This document shows positions 1-8,738 of a stretch of DNA of 64,000 bases, one piece after another. Made by a program: the position numbers and the translations under genes. Each line of letters starts with the position of its first letter. Positions within the stretch are counted from its first letter, which is position 1. The stretch spans positions 355,811-419,810 of the forward strand of contig JAIYCX010000039.1 of the NCBI GenBank assembly GCA_027487795.1, in the 5' to 3' direction. The DNA is from Pseudomonadota bacterium (GTDB lineage Bacteria > Bdellovibrionota_C > UBA2361 > SZUA-149 > DAOLCO01). The notes under the pieces are model-generated. The model was not told where the DNA came from. It saw only the letters and a program-made list of their open reading frames with translations, and did no database searches.

Positions 1-2
1 TA

Positions 3-1235
3 GGTGGAGAAGATTTCGACTTAAGTATAGTTAACTGGTTAGTTGAAGATTTCAAGAAAGAATTTGGTATCGATCTTAAGAATGATACAGAAGCTCTACA
101 AAGATTAAAAGCAGCTGCAGAAGAAGCTAAGCATGAACTTTCGACTTCTACTGATACTCAAATTAGTTTACCTTTTATAGCATCTGATGCAACTGGGCCA
201 AAGAATTTAAATGTTAAATTAACACGTGCTAAATTTGAACAACTAGTAGCTAGTTTACTTCAAAGATTAGAGGCTCCTTGCAGAACAGCGATAAAGGATG
301 CAGGAATTTCATCCTCTGAAATTCAAGAAGTTATTCTAGTTGGTGGTATGACTAGAATGCCTGCGGTACAAGAAAAGGTTAAGCAAATATTCGGTCGTGC
401 TGCAAGCAAGAGCGTAAATCCAGACGAAGCAGTAGCAATCGGTGCTGCTGTTCAAGCTGGAGTTCTTCAAGGTGATGTTAAGGATGTTCTATTATTAGAC
501 GTTACTCCATTAAGTCTTGGTATTGAGACTCAAGGTGGAATAATGACTAAGTTAATCGAAAAGAATACAACAATCCCATCTAGAAAACAGCAAGTATTTT
601 CCACTGCATCTGATAACCAACCTGCGGTAAGTATACATGTTCTTCAAGGTGAGAGAGAAATGTCTAGTGATAATAAAACACTAGGAAGATTCGATCTTAC
701 AGGTATACCACCTGCACCAAGAGGAGTTCCTCAGGTAGAGGTAACTTTTGATATCGATGCTAATGGTATCGTAAAAGTATCTGCTAAGGATCTTGGAACA
801 GGGAAGGAACAACAGATTCAAATTACTGCAAGCTCTGGATTAACTGAGGCTGAAATTAAGCAGATGGTTAGTGATGCTGAAGCCAATGCAGATCTAGACA
901 AACAAAGAAGAAGCTTAGCAGAAGCTAAAAATAGTTTAGATACTACTATGTACGCTACAGAGCAGATGATCTCAGAATATGCGGATAAAATTGATTCCGC
1001 TACTAAATCTGAAATTCAAACGGCTTTGGACTCCGCTAAATTAGTCGCAGAAAGCGGTACAACCGCAGAAGAGCTAGAAGCGAAGAGATTAGAACTTGAA
1101 AAATTAACACATGCACTTTCAAAGAAAATGTATGAATCAACTGGCCCTGCAGCAGGTGGAGATTCTTCTCAACAAGCTAAGACAGAAAGTGGTGGGGATG
1201 ATGTAGTTGATGCTGATTTTGAAGAAGTTAACTAA
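3..1235 (+). CDS. dnaK: Molecular chaperone DnaK, C-terminal portion (5' end lies outside the window)
   Basis: Open in frame from the window edge ([17 protein letters not shown]...). Substrate-binding domain motif [18 protein letters not shown] and the typical ...[12 protein letters not shown] terminus. Confidence 0.95.
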   Translation, partial: GGEDFDLSIVNWLVEDFKKEFGIDLKNDTEALQRLKAAAEEAKHELSTSTDTQISLPFIASDATGPKNLNVKLTRAKFEQLVASLLQRLEAPCRTAIKDAGISSSEIQEVILVGGMTRMPAVQEKVKQIFGRAASKSVNPDEAVAIGAAVQAGVLQGDVKDVLLLDVTPLSLGIETQGGIMTKLIEKNTTIPSRKQQVFSTASDNQPAVSIHVLQGEREMSSDNKTLGRFDLTGIPPAPRGVPQVEVTFDIDANGIVKVSAKDLGTGKEQQIQITASSGLTEAEIKQMVSDAEANADLDKQRRSLAEAKNSLDTTMYATEQMISEYADKIDSATKSEIQTALDSAKLVAESGTTAEELEAKRLELEKLTHALSKKMYESTGPAAGGDSSQQAKTESGGDDVVDADFEEVN

Positions 1236-1276
1236 TTCTAATTTTGTTGAAAAAGTCTTTTTAAGGTGACGTTGTT

Positions 1277-2389
1277 TTGAGTAAAAGAGATTACTATGAA
1301 GTTCTTGGTGTAAAGAAAGATTCCGCTCAAGACCAAATTAAAAAGGCTTATAGACAATTAGCTCTAAAGTTTCATCCTGACAAAAATCCTGATAATGCTG
1401 AGGCAGAAGAAAAGTTTAAAGAAGCTACTGAGGCTTATCAGGTATTAAGTAACGAAGAAAATAGAGCCAAATACGATCGTTTTGGTCATGCTGCTTTTCA
1501 GGGAGGATCTGGATTTGAAGGATTCTCAGATTTTAGCTCGTTCGGCGAAGATATTTTTGGAGATATTTTCGGTGCTTTCTTTGGAATGGGTGGTGGTAAA
1601 AGACAAAGGGTCAAAACAGGAAGAGATCTTCAGTATAATTTAGAAATTACTCTTGAAGAAAGCGCTTTAGGTATCAATAAATCTATAAAAATCAGAAGAC
1701 CAGTACCTTGTGAAGGTTGTAGTGGATCTGGTTGCCGTGAAGGATGTTCTCCTGAGCGTTGTAAGCATTGTGCAGGTCAAGGTCAAATAGCTGCGCAGGA
1801 AGGCTTTTTTAGAATTTCAAGACCATGTCCAGTATGTCGTGGACAGGGTCAGATGATTTCAGATCCTTGTCCTTCATGTGGTGGTAATGGTGAAGGGGTA
1901 AAAGAGGGAGAATTATTAGTTAAAGTTCCGCCTGGAATAGATACTGGACAAAAGCTGAAGTTACGAGGTGAAGGCGAAGTAATAAAAGATGGTAGCCCTG
2001 GGGACTTATACGTAGAGATAACCGTTAAGACTCATAAGAAATTTAAAAGACAAAATACAGAAATAATAACAGAAGTACCTTTATCATACAGTCAGGCAGT
2101 ACTTGGAGCTGAAGTAGAAGTACCTACGTTATATAGTAAAGTAAAACTTAAGGTGCCAGCTGGCACGCCTTCTGGTAAAGTGTTTAAATTAAGGGGCCAA
2201 GGGGTTCCTGATATTCAGTCAGGAATTAGAGGAGATCAGCACGTGAAGGTGTTCGTTCTTGTGCCTAAAAAAGTAAACGAAAAGCAAAAGTCTCTCCTAG
2301 AAGAGCTTGCAAAAATTGAGGGAGTCCCAGATATCGATGATCATCACAGTAGATCCTTCTTTGATAAGGTTAAAGAATTTTTTGATTAG
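1277..2389 (+). CDS. dnaJ: Co-chaperone DnaJ
   Basis: J-domain with the HPDKNP motif, Gly/Phe-rich linker, four CxxCxGxG zinc-finger repeats and a C-terminal domain. TTG start. Directly downstream of dnaK. Confidence 0.9.
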   Translation: MSKRDYYEVLGVKKDSAQDQIKKAYRQLALKFHPDKNPDNAEAEEKFKEATEAYQVLSNEENRAKYDRFGHAAFQGGSGFEGFSDFSSFGEDIFGDIFGAFFGMGGGKRQRVKTGRDLQYNLEITLEESALGINKSIKIRRPVPCEGCSGSGCREGCSPERCKHCAGQGQIAAQEGFFRISRPCPVCRGQGQMISDPCPSCGGNGEGVKEGELLVKVPPGIDTGQKLKLRGEGEVIKDGSPGDLYVEITVKTHKKFKRQNTEIITEVPLSYSQAVLGAEVEVPTLYSKVKLKVPAGTPSGKVFKLRGQGVPDIQSGIRGDQHVKVFVLVPKKVNEKQKSLLEELAKIEGVPDIDDHHSRSFFDKVKEFFD

Positions 2390-4196
2390 ATCTTCAGTTA
2401 TTTGTTTACTATTGTTAGTAGCAAGTTGTTATCAAAATAAAAGGCCAATAAATAATACAGAAAATTTTCCAAGTTCGACTAATGCGAATATTATAAAGAA
2501 TAAAAAATCTCCTAAGGCACCTTGGGAAGTTTGGAGACAATCCAATATTAGAAATGAAGATTTTAGAAGGGGGCTTCGTTTAATTAGTGATGGAGAACTA
2601 GAATTCGCAAAGGAATCCTTTATATTAGCTTCTTCTTCACCACTTTCTAAGGAGGAAGAAGAAATAGTAATTTTAAATCTATGTAGTACCTATCTTAAAT
2701 TAGGAGATGGTAAAAAAACTTTAGAATGTATATCTAAATACGCAGTTAAGAGACAAAAAACTCCAGTTCAACTCGATTCTAGATTCTCACTACTTGCAGC
2801 TTATGCATATTGTAGTGTTAATGATATTTCTCAGACCTTAGCTTGGGCTTCTCAATCGCAAAAAAGTGATTCTGGTATTGGGGAAGTTTCTAATGAAACC
2901 AGAAGAATGACAATATTGTATCTTCGCTCAATTGATGACCAGAATTTAGATAAAATGCTGACAGTATGGAAAGATGATAATTATATAAGTTCTCTCATAA
3001 AAGGTGAAAAAACAAGAAGATTACAGGGTGGAAGTATATTTTCCGCAGAAGGATTATTATCCTGGTTTGATAAGAATACCTATAAGCTAGATATAAGTAA
3101 TTTCAAAGCGGACGAAAACTCAAAAAGTAACCTAGAGGAAACTTATTCTAATAAAGAACATAACGATGTTGATATTAAAAACATTAAATTTGGAGCTCTG
3201 CTTCCATTAAGTGGACAATATTCAACACATGGTAAACACGTCAGAGATGGAATAGAACTAGCACTCAGTCAAAATGGTATTTTAACTCCGTTAATTACGA
3301 AAGATTCTAATGTCGGGGCACTAGCGGAATATGAAGCGCTTGCGGCTAATGAAAAAGTTTCATTAGTATTTGGTCCAATGATAGCAAAAGATTCAGAAGA
3401 GGTGACTTCTGTTATTAATAAATATGCTGTTCCATGCGTTTCATTTGCTAAAAAAGCAGGTATCCCAGATATGGAAAGAGGGATGTTAAGAATTGGGGGA
3501 ACACCAGAGAATCAACTTAAAGAATTAGTAAAATTTTCTCAAAATCAATTATCTCTACAAAAAATAGCATTAATTGTTCCATCGGAAGAGGTAGGACAAG
3601 AGTATCGTCAGGCTTTTCAAACTATTTCAACTTCATTTAGTAATTTAGTCTTAGAAAGTTTTATATATGAGCCTAGAAATTTACAGAGTATAGATTCATT
3701 AAGTAACAGATTAAAATTAGCTGGTTTTGATGGCATTATAATTTCAGATACTTTACCTCAAGCAGAACCTCTGATTAGATCAATTAGAGAAATCAATACA
3801 GAGAAACCACCTGTACTACTAGGGACTTCCTTAATTGGTGATCCTACAAAAATAAAAATGTACTCAAATTTAATGGAAGGTATGTTTTTAGTTAGTTTAT
3901 ACGATATTGGAAGTATCGATACTGAACATCTTAAATTTAAAGCTATTTACAAGGCAAAATTTTCTGAAGATCCGGATTTACTTGCTGCCCAATCTTATGA
4001 TGCGGCTAATTTCGTAATAAATACATTAAAGCAAAACTACACAGATAATAATAAAGAAAATGTTTTAAAATCATTCCAGAATGCTCCAAATTTTCAGGGT
4101 ATCACTGGAGAACTTTCTATACTAGAATCTGGTGAGATTTACCGCACACTAACAATACTTAAAGTTGATCGAGGAAAACTCGTATCAATAAGATAG
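2382..4196 (+). CDS. Outer-membrane lipoprotein, LpoA-like penicillin-binding-protein activator candidate: N-terminal TPR-like region plus C-terminal type-1 periplasmic-binding-protein fold
   Basis: A TTG at 2382 gives the signal peptide M-IRSSVICLLLLVASC with an LVAS-C lipobox. The ORF-track start at 2307 overlaps dnaJ. The C-terminal half (FGALLPLSGQYSTHGKHVRDGIELAL...) resembles LivJ-type binding proteins. Length is about 600 aa. Confidence 0.45.
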   Translation: MIRSSVICLLLLVASCYQNKRPINNTENFPSSTNANIIKNKKSPKAPWEVWRQSNIRNEDFRRGLRLISDGELEFAKESFILASSSPLSKEEEEIVILNLCSTYLKLGDGKKTLECISKYAVKRQKTPVQLDSRFSLLAAYAYCSVNDISQTLAWASQSQKSDSGIGEVSNETRRMTILYLRSIDDQNLDKMLTVWKDDNYISSLIKGEKTRRLQGGSIFSAEGLLSWFDKNTYKLDISNFKADENSKSNLEETYSNKEHNDVDIKNIKFGALLPLSGQYSTHGKHVRDGIELALSQNGILTPLITKDSNVGALAEYEALAANEKVSLVFGPMIAKDSEEVTSVINKYAVPCVSFAKKAGIPDMERGMLRIGGTPENQLKELVKFSQNQLSLQKIALIVPSEEVGQEYRQAFQTISTSFSNLVLESFIYEPRNLQSIDSLSNRLKLAGFDGIIISDTLPQAEPLIRSIREINTEKPPVLLGTSLIGDPTKIKMYSNLMEGMFLVSLYDIGSIDTEHLKFKAIYKAKFSEDPDLLAAQSYDAANFVINTLKQNYTDNNKENVLKSFQNAPNFQGITGELSILESGEIYRTLTILKVDRGKLVSIR

Positions 4197-4940
4197 TTGA
4201 TGACTAGCATAAAAAAAGATCTTGAAAATAGTGATTTAACTATAATTATTCCAACTTTAAATGAAGCTGATAATATTGAGTTATTAATTAGCCGTTTGAT
4301 AAATATTATAGATAATAATTTATTTGAAATAATTTTTGTTGATGATTCTGATGATTTATCAACAAGAGAAATTTTAAAGCGAGTCTCTTCTGATGAGGAT
4401 CGGGTTAGGGTTGTTTTTAGAGAAAATCAACGAGGCTTATCATCTGCAATAATAGATGGACTACAATTAGCTAGATATGAATATATTCTAGTGATGGATG
4501 CCGATCTTCAGCATGATGAAAGAATAATACCTAAAATGCTTAATTTAATTAAATCTGATTCTGAATTAGATTTAATAATTGGGAGTCGATATGCTGATGG
4601 AGGTGAAGTAGTGTCATGGAATACTTCGAGACACTTACTAAGTTTAATTGGTAGTATATTTAGTAGAATATTAATTAGAAATAATCTTAAAGATCCATTA
4701 AGTGGTTTTTTTATTATTAGAAAAACTTTTTTTAAGTCTATATCGCCAAACTTAATGCGAAGTGGTTTTAAGATCTTACTAGATATATTTATATCATCTA
4801 GAACCAGACTAAATTTTAAAGAAGTCCCGTTTTCGTTTAAAAGAAGACATAGTGGATATAGTAAGTTGAGTCTTTCTGTAATTGCTTCTTTCTATTTATT
4901 ACTTATTAAGAAAATATTAAAAACTTCCCCTAGATATTAA
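4197..4940 (+). CDS. Family 2 glycosyltransferase, polyprenyl-phosphate sugar synthase-like (DPM1/ArnC/GtrB-like), with C-terminal membrane anchor
   Basis: IIIPTLNEADNI...FEIIFVDDSDD...VMDADLQHD motifs typical of GT2 (DxD). Hydrophobic C-terminus. Confidence 0.7.
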   Translation: MMTSIKKDLENSDLTIIIPTLNEADNIELLISRLINIIDNNLFEIIFVDDSDDLSTREILKRVSSDEDRVRVVFRENQRGLSSAIIDGLQLARYEYILVMDADLQHDERIIPKMLNLIKSDSELDLIIGSRYADGGEVVSWNTSRHLLSLIGSIFSRILIRNNLKDPLSGFFIIRKTFFKSISPNLMRSGFKILLDIFISSRTRLNFKEVPFSFKRRHSGYSKLSLSVIASFYLLLIKKILKTSPRY

Positions 4941-4956
4941 AAACTAACGCTAGGCG

Positions 4957-7215
4957 TTAAAAGCTTCCACTAAGACCAATTAATGCCGATCTACCAGGTA
5001 GTGGTGCTAAATCTTTAATAAATGATGAGTGTATTCTTGCCTCTTCATTGGTCAAATTTAACCCTCTAGCATAAAGCATAAGATTATTTTTTCTTAAATA
5101 CGGCAATGGAAGTTCTAGAGTAGTATTTAGTAATTGATAAGCACTAGTTCCTAGCTCTCCTGGCGCAGTATCAGTTTGAGCAGCTGCAAGTACTCCCTCT
5201 ACAGAAAATGACAATATATCCTCGTATCCATATCTAACTTTAGGCATAAACCTCATTGGAGGTATTCTAGGTAAATCCTCTGAATTACCAGTATTGTAAG
5301 CTTTTACAAAGTCTATTTGTCCACCAATGTCTATTTGATGTCCTGTAGACTCAAAGAAATCATGTACATGTAGATACGATTCTATTTCAAAGCCAATAAA
5401 TCGAGCATCAATTTGATTGTATCTAAATGAATCAAAACCTTCGTATTCTTCTCCCGTTTGGGATAAATTTATATAGTCTGAGTATTCTTGTATAAACATA
5501 TTTAACTGACCGGTTACGATTCCTTTATTCTTTTTTAGAGTAATGTCAGCACCTAATGAACTTTCTATACCTAAGTTAGAATCTCCAAATTCTGCAATTT
5601 GTCTTGCCGCATGAATACCACTTGCATATAGTTCTGTAGCAGCTGGTGCCCTTTCTGTATAAGCGAGAGAGAGACCACCGGTATATGTAGATGAGTCATC
5701 AATTTTCCATGATAATCCTGTAGAAGCGGAGATTGGAATGAAATCTTGATCTTGATTATTACCTTCTGGATTGAGAGATACAGTTTCAATTCTACCTCCA
5801 AATTGTAATGCAAGTTTATTGTCATCCATGAGTTCTAATTCTTCAAAAGCAAAAAAGCCAGGAGCATATCTTTTAGTATTCGGTAGGAAAGCCTCTTCAC
5901 CTTCCGCTGCAAAATCACTAGCTTCAAATTGAGCACCAAAGGTTCCTGATAAATTACCAATTTTACTATGAGTTAACTCAGTTCTGCCTTCAAATGCATT
6001 GTTCTGAAATCTTGTCCCAGCTGTAGCTCCTTCTATTTCTGCATGATCATAATTAGAAAAAGCAGCTGAATACCTTACTCGCTCTATACTTTTAGATAGA
6101 TCTCTAAACTCACCTCTTGAGTCTACTCTGTATTGCTCTAGTTCTATTCTTACACCAGGTTCAGATTCCCCCTCTGAAGTAATATGAGCATGATCCTCAT
6201 CATGATGGTCAGTATCCTCTTCATGCCCAAGTTCTGCTGCTAATTTATGTTCATTTTCTTCTTCATGATGTTCATGTTCCCCGTGTGCATGTGCATGTCC
6301 AGGTACACCATACTTAGAGTTATACCCAGTTACGGACAAACCAAGATACCCTTTATCCCAAACATAACTACCACCTAAGGTAGCTGTTTGTGTTCGTGTG
6401 GAACTGTCTCTTAAAACACTTTTTATCTGATCCTCATCCGAAGTATTTCCGTCAGCATGCTCCTCTAAGTGGTCACTATGGTGGTCGCTGTGATCAGAAT
6501 GATCATCATGCATATCGTGTTCCTCAGATTCTAATTCTCTAATTCTACTGCTTTCTGCAAAACCAGGTATTCTAATATTATCTGTAACTTGATTAAGTCC
6601 AGATAAGCTCCAATTAAAACCTTTGTAACCACCTTCTAACTTTGCAGCACCTGAAAATTCATCATTAACAGTTTGAGTTTTAAGATTATAGTCTCCTCTA
6701 ATTAATTCTTTAATCTGTGTTTTAGGAATATTATTATCAGTTGCATTTACTACTCCTCCAATTGCAGAGCTTCCGTATAATAAAGTTTCTGGTCCTCTCA
6801 GAACTTCAATAGAGTCTGTAGTTAGAGGATTAATAGTCACTTGATGGTCTTCACTAGTATTTGATATATCTTGTGAACCTACACCATTTTTTAGAATCCT
6901 AATCCTTTCTCCTGAATTTCCTCTTATTACGGGCCTACTAGAGCCAGGTCCAAAGTAATTTGAGTTTACTCCTGGTTGTGAGCTCAAAGTTTCACCCAGA
7001 GTGGTCTCTGCTCTTACTCTAATTTCGTTAGAGTCCATAACTGATATTGGGTCTGTGCTATCTAACAAACTCTGATCTCGAGGATCTGCATTTATAGTTA
7101 TAGTTGTCATTTCTTCAGGTTCATTATGATTATGACCCATCTGATCTTCTGCTAAAATATTTAAAGGTGATAATAGCAGTAAGTAAGCTATCTGATTTAA
7201 GTTTATTTTTTTCAT
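4957..7215 (-). CDS. TonB-dependent outer membrane receptor with His/Asp/Glu-rich loops (ZnuD-like; putative zinc or other metal uptake)
   Basis: Plug domain (LRGPETLLYGSSAIGGVVN) and a beta-barrel with the C-terminal ...LSGSF. Two very His-rich inserts (HDMHDDHSDHSDHHSDHLEEH and HAHAHGEHEHHEEENEH...HHDEDHAH). Likely start at MKKINLNQIAYLLLLSPLNILA (signal peptide); the ORF track extends to 7272. Confidence 0.8.
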   Translation of the reverse strand: MKKINLNQIAYLLLLSPLNILAEDQMGHNHNEPEEMTTITINADPRDQSLLDSTDPISVMDSNEIRVRAETTLGETLSSQPGVNSNYFGPGSSRPVIRGNSGERIRILKNGVGSQDISNTSEDHQVTINPLTTDSIEVLRGPETLLYGSSAIGGVVNATDNNIPKTQIKELIRGDYNLKTQTVNDEFSGAAKLEGGYKGFNWSLSGLNQVTDNIRIPGFAESSRIRELESEEHDMHDDHSDHSDHHSDHLEEHADGNTSDEDQIKSVLRDSSTRTQTATLGGSYVWDKGYLGLSVTGYNSKYGVPGHAHAHGEHEHHEEENEHKLAAELGHEEDTDHHDEDHAHITSEGESEPGVRIELEQYRVDSRGEFRDLSKSIERVRYSAAFSNYDHAEIEGATAGTRFQNNAFEGRTELTHSKIGNLSGTFGAQFEASDFAAEGEEAFLPNTKRYAPGFFAFEELELMDDNKLALQFGGRIETVSLNPEGNNQDQDFIPISASTGLSWKIDDSSTYTGGLSLAYTERAPAATELYASGIHAARQIAEFGDSNLGIESSLGADITLKKNKGIVTGQLNMFIQEYSDYINLSQTGEEYEGFDSFRYNQIDARFIGFEIESYLHVHDFFESTGHQIDIGGQIDFVKAYNTGNSEDLPRIPPMRFMPKVRYGYEDILSFSVEGVLAAAQTDTAPGELGTSAYQLLNTTLELPLPYLRKNNLMLYARGLNLTNEEARIHSSFIKDLAPLPGRSALIGLSGSF

Positions 7216-7363
7216 TATTTTTAGATAATTTAAAATTATAATTCGTTTTACCTTATTGCGAATATTTTGCAATAGAAAATTTGAAGTTTACTAGTAGAAT
7301 TTAAATGTTATATCTAATAAAAGAATTCTTTATAATGTTTTTAATAAGTTGGAGTAGAATCTA

Positions 7364-7969
7364 GTGTTTAATATTAAAAAAAATATCATGTTTTTTTTCT
7401 CTATAATGCTAGGTATTAATACTTTCAGTACGGTATTACATTCTGAAGATTTAAAAGTAGAGGATACTTTTAAATCTAAACCCAGTGATCTTTATCTAAT
7501 TCCATTAATAACTAACGATGGTAAAAAAACTACCCTTAAGCAATATGAGGGTAAAGTACTACTGATCTCTAATACTGCTTCTGAGTGTGGCTTTACTTAT
7601 CAGTATAAAGATTTACAAGCGCTGTATATCTCATATCAAGACAAAGGTTTCTCAGTACTTGGTTTTCCAAGTAATGATTTTGGTGAGCAAGAACCTGGAA
7701 GCGATTTAGAAATTAAAACATTTTGTGTGAAAAATTATGGTGTAACTTTTCCATTATTTCAGAAAGGATCCGTTTCTGGTGAAAATATTCAGCCTTTATT
7801 TAAATTGATAAATGAAAATTCTAATGAAGAATTTCAAGGTCCTATAGAATGGAACTTTGAAAAAATAGTAATTGATAAAAAAGGAGTTATTAGAGGTAGG
7901 TTTGGATCTTTTGTAAATCCATTAAATCAAAAAATTACAACTCTAATAGATAAATTATTAGCTGAATAA
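7364..7969 (+). CDS. Glutathione peroxidase family protein (BtuE/GPx-like), secreted
   Basis: Motifs NTASECGFTYQY and FPSNDFGEQEPG. N-terminal signal peptide. Confidence 0.8.
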   Translation: MFNIKKNIMFFFSIMLGINTFSTVLHSEDLKVEDTFKSKPSDLYLIPLITNDGKKTTLKQYEGKVLLISNTASECGFTYQYKDLQALYISYQDKGFSVLGFPSNDFGEQEPGSDLEIKTFCVKNYGVTFPLFQKGSVSGENIQPLFKLINENSNEEFQGPIEWNFEKIVIDKKGVIRGRFGSFVNPLNQKITTLIDKLLAE

Positions 7970-7980
7970 TAAATTTAAGT

Positions 7981-8730
7981 ATGCGAAATATATTTTTAAG
8001 CATAATATTTTTATTCTTTTCTGCATGTCATCCACTAAGCATATTAAAGGGTAGTCCAGCAGAGGATGCAGGATTTTTGCCTTATAGTACTTTATTAAAG
8101 CCTATGCCTGAAAGGGGCCCATTTAATGCGTCTTATATACCTAATATTAATAGATTAGATCAGTTAAAACTATCTTATTCAAAAGTTTTGATTGAGACTG
8201 TTGATGCTGAAATTGCGATATCCAAAATTAAAAAACGAAAGCTACCAAGTTTTATAGAAGAAGAATTAATTTCAGATGTTAAAGAATTGTCTATATACTT
8301 TTTAGCTAAGATAAAAGCTGCTTTTACAGCTACAAAATACAAAAAGTATGAACTAGTTGACACTCCTGATAGTCAGACTTTTATATGGCAAATAGCTTTA
8401 GTTGAAGTATCTCCAAATTCTCCGGAGCTATCTGTCCTGTCAACTATTACTAGTTTTTTTATACCAGGTACTGGAACATTACGAGTTTTTGGAAGTGGTA
8501 GTGTTGCAATGGAGGGAATTGTAAGAGATGGTAGCACAGGAGAAGTTCTTGCACTTTTTAAAGATAGACGAGTAGATAAAACTGCTCCTGTTTCAGTCAG
8601 AGATTATCAACGATATGCACATACTAGAACTAATTTAGATGATTGGGCAGATAATTTTGCAGAACTTGCAGGGACTCCTTCAACTCATAAAGTTGAAGAA
8701 GATCTCCCATTTACTTTTGATCCGCTATAA
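7981..8730 (+). CDS. Hypothetical lipoprotein
   Basis: Signal peptide with FFSAC lipobox. No recognisable catalytic motif. Confidence 0.4.
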   Translation: MRNIFLSIIFLFFSACHPLSILKGSPAEDAGFLPYSTLLKPMPERGPFNASYIPNINRLDQLKLSYSKVLIETVDAEIAISKIKKRKLPSFIEEELISDVKELSIYFLAKIKAAFTATKYKKYELVDTPDSQTFIWQIALVEVSPNSPELSVLSTITSFFIPGTGTLRVFGSGSVAMEGIVRDGSTGEVLALFKDRRVDKTAPVSVRDYQRYAHTRTNLDDWADNFAELAGTPSTHKVEEDLPFTFDPL

Positions 8731-8738
8731 AAAGCCCT

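Noticed and set aside
5571-5825. Many 60-100-aa ORFs nested inside or antisense to confident genes (5571-5825, 8175-8363, 14056-14259, 15824-16063, 17196-17399, 23962-24252, 26473-26772, 27400-27699, 27717-27980, 31302-31484, 35310-35564, 38088-38276, 41102-41311, 44266-44481, 45436-45909, 54698-54883, 54965-55306, 55453-55686, 61312-61560, 61683-61901, 62193-62546, 62408-62632)
   Set aside because: They overlap better-supported genes on the other strand or in another frame, lack ribosome-binding sites, and have low-complexity or hydrophobic compositions expected from AT-rich antisense reading.
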